From: a virus
DNA: 64,000 nucleotides
Virus record (IMG/VR): IMGVR_UViG_3300020171_000019
Span: 12,138 to 76,137 of that record
Direction: 5' to 3' (one strand)
The notes under the pieces are model-generated. The model made no database searches, was not told where the DNA came from, and saw only the letters and a program-made list of their open reading frames with translations. The translations under genes and the position numbers were made by a program. This document shows positions 48,224-58,116 of this stretch, one piece after another. Position 1 is the first letter of the stretch. Every line of letters starts with the position of its first letter.

Positions 48224-48247
48224 CCTGAACCGAGAGAGGAGCACCGT

Positions 48248-49159
48248 ATGCGAGTCTGCGCATACCTGATAGTCCGCAATGAGGCGGTATTGCTGCCGTA
48301 TGCACTGAAGTCAATCGAATCCGTCTGTGACGAAATCTTCGTGGTGGACAATGGGTCTACGGACGGAACTCCGGAGATTGCCAAGGCCACGTCTGACAAG
48401 GTGCGGCTTTTGTATGTGCCCGGCAAGAACGGCGGGGGTTTTGCCGACCCCGACACGCCGGAAGATATGCTGCGCAACATCGGACTGAACGCCTGTAAGG
48501 GAGGCGGGGCGGATGTCATTCTCCGATGGGACGCGGACGAAATTCTCTACGAGGGTCAGGAGGAACGAATACGAACACTGATCGAGGAGCGAAGTTACGG
48601 TGGATGGTGGTTCTGCTGTCACAGGTTTGTTGGCAGCCTGGATTGGGTGCAAGACCTACGATGGGGCGAGCCTGGGTGCAGTGAGTTGCACAAGACGATT
48701 GCGGTGGATAGGTGGGGTAGGCAGGCGTTGCATGGGAAGATCGTCTTGCTGCGGAATCACCCCAGGCTCAAATACCTGCGCAACTCGCACTACATAGGAC
48801 TTCACTCCTCGGAGTACGAGACCGCGGAGCCACACCAATACCGGATATGCAATGACATCTGGTATGCTCATCTGGAGTGGGCGCGATCGAACAAAAGGCT
48901 CTATGACAAGGCGATCCTCTACTATAACCTGATCGCCGATCCCAATGACTACGCGAGATCATGGGAGTTTCAGTCTCAGATTGACCCGGAACACACACTG
49001 AAGGAGCAACGGTTGAGACCATTCCATTCAGAACTGCCGGAAGCAATGAAAGGGCTGGTATTGCCTGTAGACCTGAAGACCGAGGAGTTCTGGGACGAAC
49101 GATCGAAGATGGCACGACGGCGGATAGTAAAGCGCACCTGGAAAGGCGGGGACTGGTAG
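48248..49159 (+). CDS. glycosyltransferase family 2
   Basis: IVRNEA, VVDNGSTDGT, WDADE. Confidence 0.88.
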   Translation: MRVCAYLIVRNEAVLLPYALKSIESVCDEIFVVDNGSTDGTPEIAKATSDKVRLLYVPGKNGGGFADPDTPEDMLRNIGLNACKGGGADVILRWDADEILYEGQEERIRTLIEERSYGGWWFCCHRFVGSLDWVQDLRWGEPGCSELHKTIAVDRWGRQALHGKIVLLRNHPRLKYLRNSHYIGLHSSEYETAEPHQYRICNDIWYAHLEWARSNKRLYDKAILYYNLIADPNDYARSWEFQSQIDPEHTLKEQRLRPFHSELPEAMKGLVLPVDLKTEEFWDERSKMARRRIVKRTWKGGDW

Positions 49160-49160
49160 G

Positions 49161-49382
49161 GTGAGACGACCAGAGAACGAAGAAGGGGCATTTCATTGTC
49201 AGCGGAGAGAGTTGCCGACTGTTTCAATGACGGTCTCTTGGGAGTTATTCAAGCATGCCGATTTGCTGGCGGCGCGTCGCGGTGTGTCCCTGAGTAAGTT
49301 ATTGCGGCAACTTCTGGAACAAGCACTGGACGAACAATCCCTTGACGACCATGAGAAGAGGATGCATCCACCATGCGCATAG
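49161..49382 (+). CDS. ribbon-helix-helix-like regulator
   Basis: VSMTVS...AARRGVSLSKLLRQLLE. Confidence 0.6.
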   Translation: MRRPENEEGAFHCQRRELPTVSMTVSWELFKHADLLAARRGVSLSKLLRQLLEQALDEQSLDDHEKRMHPPCA

Positions 49383-50329
49383 CCTCAGACGGCTTGTTTC
49401 AGTTTCCTCTCACATACGGCGATGTCCCGATTACTGATGAGTGGCGTAATGAAATCCTGTCATATGACATCATCCAGTGCTTGGACTACTACACATTCGG
49501 GGCCAATGCTTGCCGTGTAGGACATCGGCGGGTGGTGTGCTACGTCAATGAAAACGTCCCATTCAACTCCCAGTATGTCGGGCATGCTCTGGAAAATAAA
49601 GAGATCATCCAGAAACACGCCGTGCGGCTCGTGGCAACATCCCGGTCGGTGGTGGACTGCCTGATGATCGAGGGAGTGCCAGCAGGAAAAATCATAGACT
49701 GTCCAATATGGACGACCCCGGCGTGTTTCAAGCCGACTTTTACGCCGACTGATGAAGAGAAGCGCATTGCTCTGCGCCGGTCTCTTGACTTACCAGACAG
49801 GCCGATGGTGCTCTATGTGGGACGACTGAGCTGGGCGAAGGGGTTGAAGATTGCTGAGGATGCGATTCGAGGGCTTGATGTGACATGGCTCCTGATTGGG
49901 GCACAAGAGAGTTACAATCCTCCCGACTGGTCTTGTTGGATTCAGCATTTGAGCACGCCGGAGGAGCTGATACCGTATTACATGGCCGCTGATGTTCTTA
50001 TCCTCCCGTCCTTACCGACACCGGGATGGATTGAGCAATACGGGCGGGTGCTTGTAGAGGCTCAGGCTTGTGGCTGTCCTGTAATCTCAACAGACATGGG
50101 AGGGCCGAGAGACTTGGTTGTCAATAACGAAACGGGATTTCTTGTTCCGCCAGGGAATCCGGCCAGCTTGAGAGGAGCTATCTCGCGGGTTGTCGGAGAT
50201 GGATTCCTGCGCGATCGGCTACGGAGAACAGCACTGAGCAGATATAAGCGAAAGTTTGCGACGAAGAAGATTGAGAAGCGACTGCAACACGTCTACGATC
50301 AGGTGACGGGGATTGAACCTACTTGGTAA
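49373..50329 (+). CDS. glycosyltransferase family 4
   Basis: YVGRLSWAKG, ADVLILPS, EQYGRVLVEAQACGCPV. Confidence 0.9.
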   Translation: MRIASDGLFQFPLTYGDVPITDEWRNEILSYDIIQCLDYYTFGANACRVGHRRVVCYVNENVPFNSQYVGHALENKEIIQKHAVRLVATSRSVVDCLMIEGVPAGKIIDCPIWTTPACFKPTFTPTDEEKRIALRRSLDLPDRPMVLYVGRLSWAKGLKIAEDAIRGLDVTWLLIGAQESYNPPDWSCWIQHLSTPEELIPYYMAADVLILPSLPTPGWIEQYGRVLVEAQACGCPVISTDMGGPRDLVVNNETGFLVPPGNPASLRGAISRVVGDGFLRDRLRRTALSRYKRKFATKKIEKRLQHVYDQVTGIEPTW

Positions 50330-50693
50330 TATCCTGCTTAGCGGACTGTGTTTGCAATTTCCACTTATATCCCTCTATCTTTTCTGTTTTGACCTCCTTG
50401 GTTTCCGTTATGATGATTGGCTCTTGTTCGATCCGGTAGACCTTGCTTTTTGCTATATCTACAACCAATGCTTCACTGTTCTGCAAGTCGGTTCCGCTGA
50501 GGTATAATTCCAGCTCTTTTCGGTTTTCGATGAGGATTGCCTTCTTGGTAGACAATGCTTTCCCTGCTCCGTACTCCCAAAGATAGTCTTCCTCCAACCA
50601 AGAAGATCGCGGAAGCAAGTTACCACTCAGCGGGATGTATTGAGTGGGTTGACAATTGGACAGGGTAAGCAATACAATAAAGAGGAAATCCAT
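50319..50693 (-). CDS. putative lipoprotein
   Basis: AAGGAG RBS; FLFIVLLTLSNC. Confidence 0.5.
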   Translation of the reverse strand: MDFLFIVLLTLSNCQPTQYIPLSGNLLPRSSWLEEDYLWEYGAGKALSTKKAILIENRKELELYLSGTDLQNSEALVVDIAKSKVYRIEQEPIIITETKEVKTEKIEGYKWKLQTQSAKQDITK

Positions 50694-50914
50694 GTCAAGC
50701 TCCTTTCAATTTGTTGTGGCGTCGGATGGCAGGTAATGTTCTGGAGGCAAGGGCCGATCCTCGACCCGGATCTCCCGATTGAGACGCGCAAAGGGCGACT
50801 TAGGGACTTGCCTGCTGCCAGCATTTTCCACGTTTGTCGCCACTACCCCGATGACTCGCAGTCTCAACGTAGCACCCCTGATACGTCTCGATGTTCACCG
50901 GGATAGCGGCAATA

Positions 50915-51262
50915 TCACGCATGTTGGATCAGTATCTTTCGAGCGATTGCAGTCATACTCATGCCGGGAACTGATTGTGCTTCGAGTTTGGCTATGGTCT
51001 GCTTAGGGACGGGCACCTTCAGAATGTGTTGTCCTGTTGGTTTTCTCCCTCGCGTGAGTCTGATCCCCAAAACTTCTGGCATTGCTATCTCTCGACCAGC
51101 CTTAGCGCACACGTCAGCCAACGGAATCAACCATCGTCGGGTTTTGGAACTGAAGACTGCACCGGGAAATTTACCCGCATTGACCCAGTTGTATGCTGTC
51201 TGATATGTCACCCCGAGGAGTTTGCCTGCCTCTCGCGGGTTAAGCCAACTACTTGTATCCAT
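50915..51262 (-). CDS. excisionase-like HTH regulator
   Basis: WLNPREAGKLLGVTYQTAYNWVNAGKF..RWLIP; divergent TTGACA promoter at about 51298-51326. Confidence 0.75.
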   Translation of the reverse strand: MDTSSWLNPREAGKLLGVTYQTAYNWVNAGKFPGAVFSSKTRRWLIPLADVCAKAGREIAMPEVLGIRLTRGRKPTGQHILKVPVPKQTIAKLEAQSVPGMSMTAIARKILIQHA

Positions 51263-51359
51263 GAACTTCGCCTTCCTTCCCCTGTGTCCGTATCTCAATA
51301 TATTACTAATTGGCTTGATTGTCAAGGCATTTCTATTGGACATCCACCGAAGAAAAAGC

Positions 51360-51388
51360 TTGACACTATGCACGTATGGTATTATATT
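51360..51388 (+). promoter_or_regulatory. early promoter (short version)
   Basis: TTGACA-17-TATATT within GTATTATATTGTAT. Confidence 0.75.
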
Positions 51389-51408
51389 GTATGTATTGAC
51401 AGGAGGTA

Positions 51409-53130
51409 ATGATGGTTGCGTCACGAAACATCATAAGAGCTCCAGGTGGTGGATATCTGGTTTCGTTCCCCTACTCTGCTGATGTAGTGCAGGCGGTTCG
51501 AGAGATACCGGGACGTAAGTTTGTCCCTGCCAGTAAAACCTGGCACATACCGGATACGGCGGCGGCTATGACTCTGTTGCCAATTTTTGCGGTAACGCAT
51601 AAATTTATGGCAGAGGACGGGATTCTTCAAGAAGCGGCACGGATAACGACTCAGGCCAGTAATCTCCTGACTGCATCAACAGGGACGGAGGCAGAGATTG
51701 ACATACCGGGACTGAGGCGAGCCTTGTATCCGTTTCAGAAGGCCGGAGTTGCCTATGCAGTAATGGTCAAGCGGTGCCTTATTGCAGATGAGCCAGGACT
51801 TGGCAAGACGATTCAGGCTCTTGCAACAATCGAACACCTGAATGCCTATCCTGCATTGGTGATTTGTCCGGCAGGACTGAAATACAATTGGGCGCGCGAG
51901 TGCCGGCATGTGGCCGGGCGCAGTGTGTCTATCATACAAGCCGGGGAGTTTCCGTGTTTAGATACGGATATTGTGATTGTCAATTATGACCTTTTGCATA
52001 AGTTATATAGGATTCTCATAGACCACAAGTGGGCGGCAATTATCGCGGACGAATCACAATACATCAAGGCCAAATCGCAGAGAACAAAAGCCTGTCTGAA
52101 GTTGGCCGACCGGGTGCCAGTGCGGTTAGCGTTGACCGGGACGCCGATCACCAACAGACCAGTGGAGTTGATCAGTCAACTCACCTTCTTGGGCAAGTTT
52201 TCTGAGTTCGGCAATTGGGCATCATATACTCAGAAGTTCTGTGCTGCTTACAAGGATAGGTGGGGTTGGCGTGTTGACGGAGCGTCGAATCTGGCCGAAT
52301 TGCACCAACGACTACAAAAGATCTGCATGGTGCGCAGGACAAAAGAGCAAGTGCTGACTGAACTACCGCCAAAGACCTACACAACGCTACCGGTTGAGAT
52401 CGACAACAGGAGAGAGTATCGCAAGGCCGAGGCGGATGTAATACAGTGGATCGGACAGAGAGCAATAGAGGATGCGAAATTCTTGGCGTCGATCGCATTG
52501 TTCTCAAAGGTCGAACAACAACGACTCATTGCCCAACACCGGGCCAGTGCAGAGGAGAGGGCGGCGAAGGCGAAAACGCTCGTGTTGATTGGAGTGTTGC
52601 GGCAGGTAACGGCCAAGGGCAAGACGAAGGCGGCTGTGGAGTGGGTCACGGATATGATAGATACCGGCCAGAAACTCGTGGTTTTCGGCGATCATATCGC
52701 CACAGTGGAGTCGATTCGCAAAGCATTTGTAGGGTGTGCGGCAGTTACGGGCAATAGCGATCGGGATGAACGACAGGCGAACATTGACCGGTTTCAGTCC
52801 GATCCAGAGTGCCTTTTGATTGTGTGCTCATTTAAAGCTGGGGGTCTTGGGATAACTCTGACGGCGGCCAGTAATGTCTTTTTCCTGGAGTTCCCGTGGA
52901 CACCAGCGGCGATGGAGCACGCCGCCAACCGGGTGCATAGGATTGGACAGCGAGATGCCGTAAATATCTGGAGTATGGTGGGGGAGAACACGATAGACGA
53001 GACAATCGTGGAGACACTTGCAAAGAAACAGACCGTGAGTGATGCGGCCATAGACGGCATAGAAGAGATTGAGAGCACAAATGTTTTTGCGGCTCTTATG
53101 CGGGCATTGAAGGAGCAGCGAGGGACATAG
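51409..53130 (+). CDS. SNF2-family helicase (SMARCAL1/HARP-like)
   Basis: N-terminal FPY...IPGRKF...W; DEPGLGKT, DESQ, LTGTP, RVHRIGQ. Confidence 0.92.
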   Translation: MMVASRNIIRAPGGGYLVSFPYSADVVQAVREIPGRKFVPASKTWHIPDTAAAMTLLPIFAVTHKFMAEDGILQEAARITTQASNLLTASTGTEAEIDIPGLRRALYPFQKAGVAYAVMVKRCLIADEPGLGKTIQALATIEHLNAYPALVICPAGLKYNWARECRHVAGRSVSIIQAGEFPCLDTDIVIVNYDLLHKLYRILIDHKWAAIIADESQYIKAKSQRTKACLKLADRVPVRLALTGTPITNRPVELISQLTFLGKFSEFGNWASYTQKFCAAYKDRWGWRVDGASNLAELHQRLQKICMVRRTKEQVLTELPPKTYTTLPVEIDNRREYRKAEADVIQWIGQRAIEDAKFLASIALFSKVEQQRLIAQHRASAEERAAKAKTLVLIGVLRQVTAKGKTKAAVEWVTDMIDTGQKLVVFGDHIATVESIRKAFVGCAAVTGNSDRDERQANIDRFQSDPECLLIVCSFKAGGLGITLTAASNVFFLEFPWTPAAMEHAANRVHRIGQRDAVNIWSMVGENTIDETIVETLAKKQTVSDAAIDGIEEIESTNVFAALMRALKEQRGT

Positions 53131-53182
53131 ATCGGTTATTCGAGTTTGGGGCGGCTTCTACAGAAAACCGCCTTGGTGCCAG

Positions 53183-53218
53183 GGGGGTCACTGGACGTTC
53201 AGTGGCCCCTTTGGTTTG
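53183..53218 (+). terminator. intrinsic terminator
   Basis: GGGGTCACTG...CAGTGGCCCC then TTTGGTTT. Confidence 0.55.
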
Positions 53219-53237
53219 CGTCAATTTATTTTTGCCA

Positions 53238-53326
53238 AACCCAAAATAATGCTTGACAAATTGATACAACGGTATTATATTGTATATTAGGAAATTGAGA
53301 CATTCGACCCCAACACTCATGGAGGT
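53238..53326 (+). repeat. promoter-RBS repeat R1
   Basis: 87/89 identical to 54517-54605; TTGACA-17-TATATT plus GGAGG. Confidence 0.9.
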
Positions 53327-53333
53327 TACGACA

Positions 53334-53525
53334 ATGTTGCAAGAGATGGAAATCACAGAGCGCGACTGCAAACTGGTCGCTGGCGTTGAGTGCATCTACG
53401 AGCATCGCCTGCACGTGACTAAGGTCGAGGCGGATATGGCGGCGCGGTATATGATGTCATTGACGGGCTTCGATTCGGCTTTGATTGCCGAGTCGTTCGA
53501 GCTCGCAGATGCAGAGTTGTTTTAG
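53334..53525 (+). CDS. hypothetical protein
   Basis: First gene behind R1. Confidence 0.6.
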   Translation: MLQEMEITERDCKLVAGVECIYEHRLHVTKVEADMAARYMMSLTGFDSALIAESFELADAELF

Positions 53526-53602
53526 TAACGCGGCCTGCCGGGTGCCGCAAAACCCGGCTAAAAAAATCTACTCACGGCAGGGCAAATCACAAGTAGGGTC
53601 AG

Positions 53603-53977
53603 ATGCGACATGAGATCACAGTCCAGAAAGTGCTTGGCGAAAGGCCGCAGGGTATTCCGGTGGAGTGTTTGATCTTCAATGCTCCACGACCATTGAGGGG
53701 CAATATCTATGAATGGGAGGGTGAGTTTGTTACTGGTCGTCATTACGCGGCAGTTGACCCGTCAGGTGACACGGCACAGTGGTGTATTCAGGAGAACGCA
53801 AATCTCGCCGCTGTCCTGTGTGAGTATGTCTCACTGCAGGAGATCGACGATTGGGCACGGAAGGAACTTGGCGAGTATTACGAATCATCTGACGCACAGT
53901 GGCACAGGCCGATGTATATGGGGAAATTCGGCAGCAGGAATGTTCCGATCGAATCCATCCTGCCGGGGAGGGCGTGA
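53603..53977 (+). CDS. hypothetical protein
   Basis: 124 aa ORF coupled to the next gene. Confidence 0.55.
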   Translation: MRHEITVQKVLGERPQGIPVECLIFNAPRPLRGNIYEWEGEFVTGRHYAAVDPSGDTAQWCIQENANLAAVLCEYVSLQEIDDWARKELGEYYESSDAQWHRPMYMGKFGSRNVPIESILPGRA

Positions 53978-54261
53978 TGCAGTGCGACTTGTGCGCCGAT
54001 CCTGTCGAGGGAACCTGCATTGACAGAGCGGATATGCGGTATGCTGCGCTTCACGGATTCTGCCCTATTGAGCACGGGATGATCCAAAAGCACAGCAAGA
54101 CCGACCTTGAAGACCTGACAATGGGAGGCTTGGACTTCCCGGCATTCTGGCATACAGAGGTAATATCAGGAGGTATGTCGCTCACAGATTGGATCGTCTG
54201 TGCTGAGTGTCTTATCAAGCTGCTACCATACCTACCCACCACCGAACTGAAGGAGGCGTAA
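53977..54261 (+). CDS. zinc-binding hypothetical protein
   Basis: CDLC...WIVCAEC. Confidence 0.6.
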   Translation: MQCDLCADPVEGTCIDRADMRYAALHGFCPIEHGMIQKHSKTDLEDLTMGGLDFPAFWHTEVISGGMSLTDWIVCAECLIKLLPYLPTTELKEA

Positions 54262-54262
54262 G

Positions 54263-54463
54263 GTGACACAAGAAGAAGCATACGACGAGGTGTGTCGAAT
54301 CGCCAGGGAACATGCACTTATCTGGCAGGCTGCAGGAGGCGTTGTTACGATCGTGCATCCGGACGTGCAGCGAGAAGAAGGACTTTACGACCAGATACAG
54401 CGAATGCACGGAAAGAAGATTGCCAATCCTCCTTTACCGAAGTCAGGATTACAAGAGACGTAA
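54263..54463 (+). CDS. hypothetical protein
   Basis: AGGAGG RBS. Confidence 0.55.
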   Translation: MTQEEAYDEVCRIAREHALIWQAAGGVVTIVHPDVQREEGLYDQIQRMHGKKIANPPLPKSGLQET

Positions 54464-54473
54464 CTCTTAAATA

Positions 54474-54605
54474 GGCAGTCCCGCCGCCCAAAGATGCGGG
54501 CAAAAAAACTTTGTAGAACCCAAAATAATGCTTGACAAATTGATACAACGGTATTATATTGTATATTAGGAAATTGAGACATTTGACCCCAACACTCACG
54601 GAGGT
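54474..54605 (+). repeat. promoter-RBS repeat R2 (with upstream hairpin and A-tract)
   Basis: Shares its 3' part with R1/R3 and its 5' part with R4. Confidence 0.9.
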
Positions 54606-54610
54606 GCACG

Positions 54611-54904
54611 ATGGACACCAAGATCGAAATAGGGATCGTTAGCCGGATGGCAACCATTACCACTGAAGTGCGTGGTGTCATGATAACGGTAGAACAGAGA
54701 GCAAAGTTCGGCGCGAATGTTCTCTCCGAAGCCGAAATCAATTGGCCGGGATGCGGAGCGCAATCCGAGAAGTTCACAACGAATTTCCGACAGGCATTGA
54801 TAGAGGCAGAACGGATAGCAGAGCGATGGAATCAGTCAACTGGTACGATGCCGGAAGAGTTGACTTTAGAATCGTATCGGACACGTGTCGCACAGGAGGG
54901 TTGA
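54611..54904 (+). CDS. hypothetical protein
   Basis: First gene behind R2. Confidence 0.6.
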   Translation: MDTKIEIGIVSRMATITTEVRGVMITVEQRAKFGANVLSEAEINWPGCGAQSEKFTTNFRQALIEAERIAERWNQSTGTMPEELTLESYRTRVAQEG

Positions 54905-54906
54905 CG

Positions 54907-56016
54907 ATGCAATCGAAGATCCGGAAGTTGATTTCAGAACTTGACTCAGAGTTCATCGAGCGGCAAGACATCACACGGGGCCTTGCAATAGCAGCCTTGG
55001 TTGGCGAGCACGCTTTCTTGCTTGGCCCTCCCGGAACAGGCAAGAGCAAGCTGTCTCGCGCATTCTGCCAGAGGATCGGTGGTCAGTGGTATGAATGGTT
55101 GCTGACCAGATTCACGACGCCGGAGGAGCTGTTCGGGCCGGTGGACTTGGCTTCGATGAAGACCGGAAGCCACAGGCGGATCACGAAGGGTAAAGTCCCG
55201 GAAGCTGACGTGGCATTCTTGGATGAGGCATGGAAAGGGTCAAGCGCGATCTTGAACGCTCTCTTGTCGGTCACAAACGAGCGTATCTACCACAACAACG
55301 GTGCACCTCAGAAATGCCCGCTACGGACGTGCTTGACAGCATCCAACGAGTTACCCGACCAGGACGACGACAGCCTCAAGGCTCTGTATGATCGGATCAT
55401 GTTCCGGTTCGTAGTTGGACCGTTGTCCGATCCTGGTCTTGTATGGCTCATCAATCGACCACGTGGCAAGAGGTCTGTTCCGGCAGTTGTAATCACGATC
55501 GCGGAGCTGGAAACGGCGCAAGACGAGATTGAGGCAGTGACGCTGCCCGCAGGCCTTGGCGAGACATTCGCTGACATCCGGAGCAAGTTGCGTCAGGAGA
55601 ACATTGAGCCTTCAGGGCGCAGGCTGGACAATGCAGTGAAGCTCCTCCAGGCCAGTGCATGGTTGGACAACCGCACTCAGGTGGAAGCTGAAGACCTGGA
55701 AGTGCTTATCCATGTGCTTTGGGACGAGCCTTCACAGATTCCGGCAGTCAAGCGGATTGTCCTTCAGGCAGCAGACCCGAATTGGCAGAAGGCACTGGAG
55801 CTGTTTGAGGCCGCAGAAAAAGTAGCGGCTGAAGCGTTCAATGCGGCTGATGGTGGGGACAAAATTACGATCGGCGCAGAGGCTGGATCAAAGGTTAAGA
55901 TCGCAATCGAAGAGTTGGGCAAGCTTGGCAAATCGGCCAGGATCGCAGAACTCGTCGTGAAGACTCAGGAGCTCCAGAAAAACATCATTCGCCGTTGCTT
56001 CGGGATGACGGCATAA
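54907..56016 (+). CDS. MoxR-family AAA+ ATPase, RavA-like
   Basis: GPPGTGKS, LLTRFTTPEELFGP, FLDEAWK..SAILNALL, ASNELP, LYDR. Confidence 0.9.
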   Translation: MQSKIRKLISELDSEFIERQDITRGLAIAALVGEHAFLLGPPGTGKSKLSRAFCQRIGGQWYEWLLTRFTTPEELFGPVDLASMKTGSHRRITKGKVPEADVAFLDEAWKGSSAILNALLSVTNERIYHNNGAPQKCPLRTCLTASNELPDQDDDSLKALYDRIMFRFVVGPLSDPGLVWLINRPRGKRSVPAVVITIAELETAQDEIEAVTLPAGLGETFADIRSKLRQENIEPSGRRLDNAVKLLQASAWLDNRTQVEAEDLEVLIHVLWDEPSQIPAVKRIVLQAADPNWQKALELFEAAEKVAAEAFNAADGGDKITIGAEAGSKVKIAIEELGKLGKSARIAELVVKTQELQKNIIRRCFGMTA

Positions 56017-56023
56017 GGGGGTT

Positions 56024-57439
56024 GTGGTGAACGAGAAATACGGTATCACATCAGACATCATCGACAGACTTGGGTGGGAGGCCCAGGTCGGAACACAACC
56101 GGTCTTAACGGAGGCATTCGCAGATCAGAAGACAGTCGGAGCGGATTTATACTCGGCATTATTCCGACGCAAGGTAGAGGTAGTTGATCCCCCTCCAGAT
56201 GCGGCTCGGGCACGAATCTATAAGGCAATGTTGGACTCGTCGGCTTACCTGAGGCTCCATCAGGCCACAATGCACGATCCTATGCTGTCCGCAGGTGGTG
56301 CGCTTGGACTGAATCAGTGGATTACAGAGAACGGTCAGGAGATCAAGGAGTCACTGAAGAACTCGGCTGAAGCCGACAAGCTGGACGAACAGCGCGAAAT
56401 GCTTCAGGACTTGTTCGAGAACCCTGCCGTGGAATTGTCCGAGGAAACACGAGACGGAATCATGGAACGCATGGACGAACTGCAGGCCAGTGCTGCCGGA
56501 CAACGCAATGCCGCGGTCAAGGCAATCAGTAATCAGACCGACGCTAAACTCAGAGCAAAGATGGTTGCGTCTTGCAACAGCACAACAGAAGCGATCGATA
56601 CGGCGCAGGCCATAGCCGGAGGTTGGGGCAATGAACCGGGTATCGTGCAGGCGATACTACTAAACAAGAGCCTGATGTCCACAGTGACCAAGGATGATCG
56701 AATGAAGAAGATCATTGCACTGGCAGGACGGATGAAGGAGGTCATTACTGCAGAGCGATCGAAACGGCCAATGTCCGGGCCGAACAAGGTCAATGTAGTT
56801 GCCGGGAATGACATCGAGAATGTCATATCGTCTGAACTGGCAATGCTGGCCGACGAAGACACTGAGGATGTTTTCTACGCCAAATATCAAGAACGGTCAC
56901 TACTCCAGTATGAGCGACAGGAAAAGCCAAGGCTTGGGAAGGGGCCGTTTGTGGTCGTGATTGATGAGAGTGGATCAATGGCCGGCGATGAGATCCAGTG
57001 GGCGAAGGCAATCACGTTTGCGCTCTGCACTCAGGCACGACGAGAGCGGCGCAAATTCTCGGCAATCAGTTTTTCGTCTACTGGAGATCGAAAAACCTGG
57101 ATACATCCGACGCCCTTGGAGTTTGTCGAGTGCTTACAGCACTTCTACGGTGGAGGCACCGAATACGAAGGGCCATTGACTGAAGCAGCGAAGATCATTG
57201 AAACCGAGGAACCGAACGGGGACATAGTGCTCATCACGGACGGTTGCTGCCGGGTATCGGGTGGATTTGCAATGCAGTTCAAGGCCACAACGCAGCGGCT
57301 TGGCTGCAAGGTCATTGGCCTCCAGGTTGGATCATATGGGTACCAAGACTCACTCAAGGCGGTGTGCGATACGGCATTCAGCGTATCGACAAGCAACGGC
57401 GACATCAGCAAACTGACCGACATTGTGGCGGCGATGTGA
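56024..57439 (+). CDS. vWA-domain protein, ViaA-like
   Basis: KGPFVVVIDESGSM MIDAS, GGT, DIVLITDG. Confidence 0.88.
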   Translation: MVNEKYGITSDIIDRLGWEAQVGTQPVLTEAFADQKTVGADLYSALFRRKVEVVDPPPDAARARIYKAMLDSSAYLRLHQATMHDPMLSAGGALGLNQWITENGQEIKESLKNSAEADKLDEQREMLQDLFENPAVELSEETRDGIMERMDELQASAAGQRNAAVKAISNQTDAKLRAKMVASCNSTTEAIDTAQAIAGGWGNEPGIVQAILLNKSLMSTVTKDDRMKKIIALAGRMKEVITAERSKRPMSGPNKVNVVAGNDIENVISSELAMLADEDTEDVFYAKYQERSLLQYERQEKPRLGKGPFVVVIDESGSMAGDEIQWAKAITFALCTQARRERRKFSAISFSSTGDRKTWIHPTPLEFVECLQHFYGGGTEYEGPLTEAAKIIETEEPNGDIVLITDGCCRVSGGFAMQFKATTQRLGCKVIGLQVGSYGYQDSLKAVCDTAFSVSTSNGDISKLTDIVAAM

Positions 57440-57467
57440 CCCAGAGGGACAGGCTGACAACCTGCCT

Positions 57468-57570
57468 CAAAAAAACTTTGTAGAACCCAAAATAATACGT
57501 GACAAATTCTTGACAAAGTATTATATTGTATATTAGGATATTGAGACTTTCACCCCAACACTCACGGAGG
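57468..57570 (+). repeat. promoter-RBS repeat R3
   Basis: AAAAAACTTTGTAGAACCCAAAATAAT...GTGACA-17-TATATT...CCCCAACACTCACGGAGG. Confidence 0.88.
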
Positions 57571-57578
57571 ATACGACA

Positions 57579-57848
57579 ATGACCGCAACACCTGTGACAC
57601 TCCGCCGCCGCAACGGGGACGCTCGCAACACCTACAGCTACACGCTGCGCAACCCGTACCACAACACCGTGTGCACTATCCATGTTCCCCATGTGGTCGA
57701 TAACGTAGACGAGCTATTCTCCGAGATATGGCATCATGCTCAAGTACTTCGATCGGCATCAGCGCAGCGCTGCATGCGGCGCGTGCATAGAGTGCTCTGC
57801 GGACAACAGGACTGCACATGCAGCGCCGTATGGGAACTGGTTGGTTGA
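57579..57848 (+). CDS. hypothetical protein
   Basis: First gene behind R3; LCG..DCTC. Confidence 0.6.
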   Translation: MTATPVTLRRRNGDARNTYSYTLRNPYHNTVCTIHVPHVVDNVDELFSEIWHHAQVLRSASAQRCMRRVHRVLCGQQDCTCSAVWELVG

Positions 57849-57902
57849 TACTCACCTACGCGCCGGTCGCCAATGGTCGGCGCACAACCCTGGAGGTTTC
57901 AG

Positions 57903-58088
57903 ATGGCGAACATGAGCTACTGCCGATTCCAGAATACATTGGAAGACCTTCGAGCTTGCTACGATGTCATCAAGGAAGATGATTTCGAGGACATGTCACA
58001 AGAGGAAAAGAAAGCTAAGGCGGAATTGATCGGATTGTGCGGTAATATCTTCTATTATGATGCTGATCAGAACGAGTGCGTGGAGTAA
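57903..58088 (+). CDS. small phage protein (MSYCRF type)
   Basis: MANMSYCRFQNTLEDL; paralog at 62442. Confidence 0.65.
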   Translation: MANMSYCRFQNTLEDLRACYDVIKEDDFEDMSQEEKKAKAELIGLCGNIFYYDADQNECVE

Positions 58089-58116
58089 TTCAATAATCAC
58101 TCAGGAGGGCAAGACG

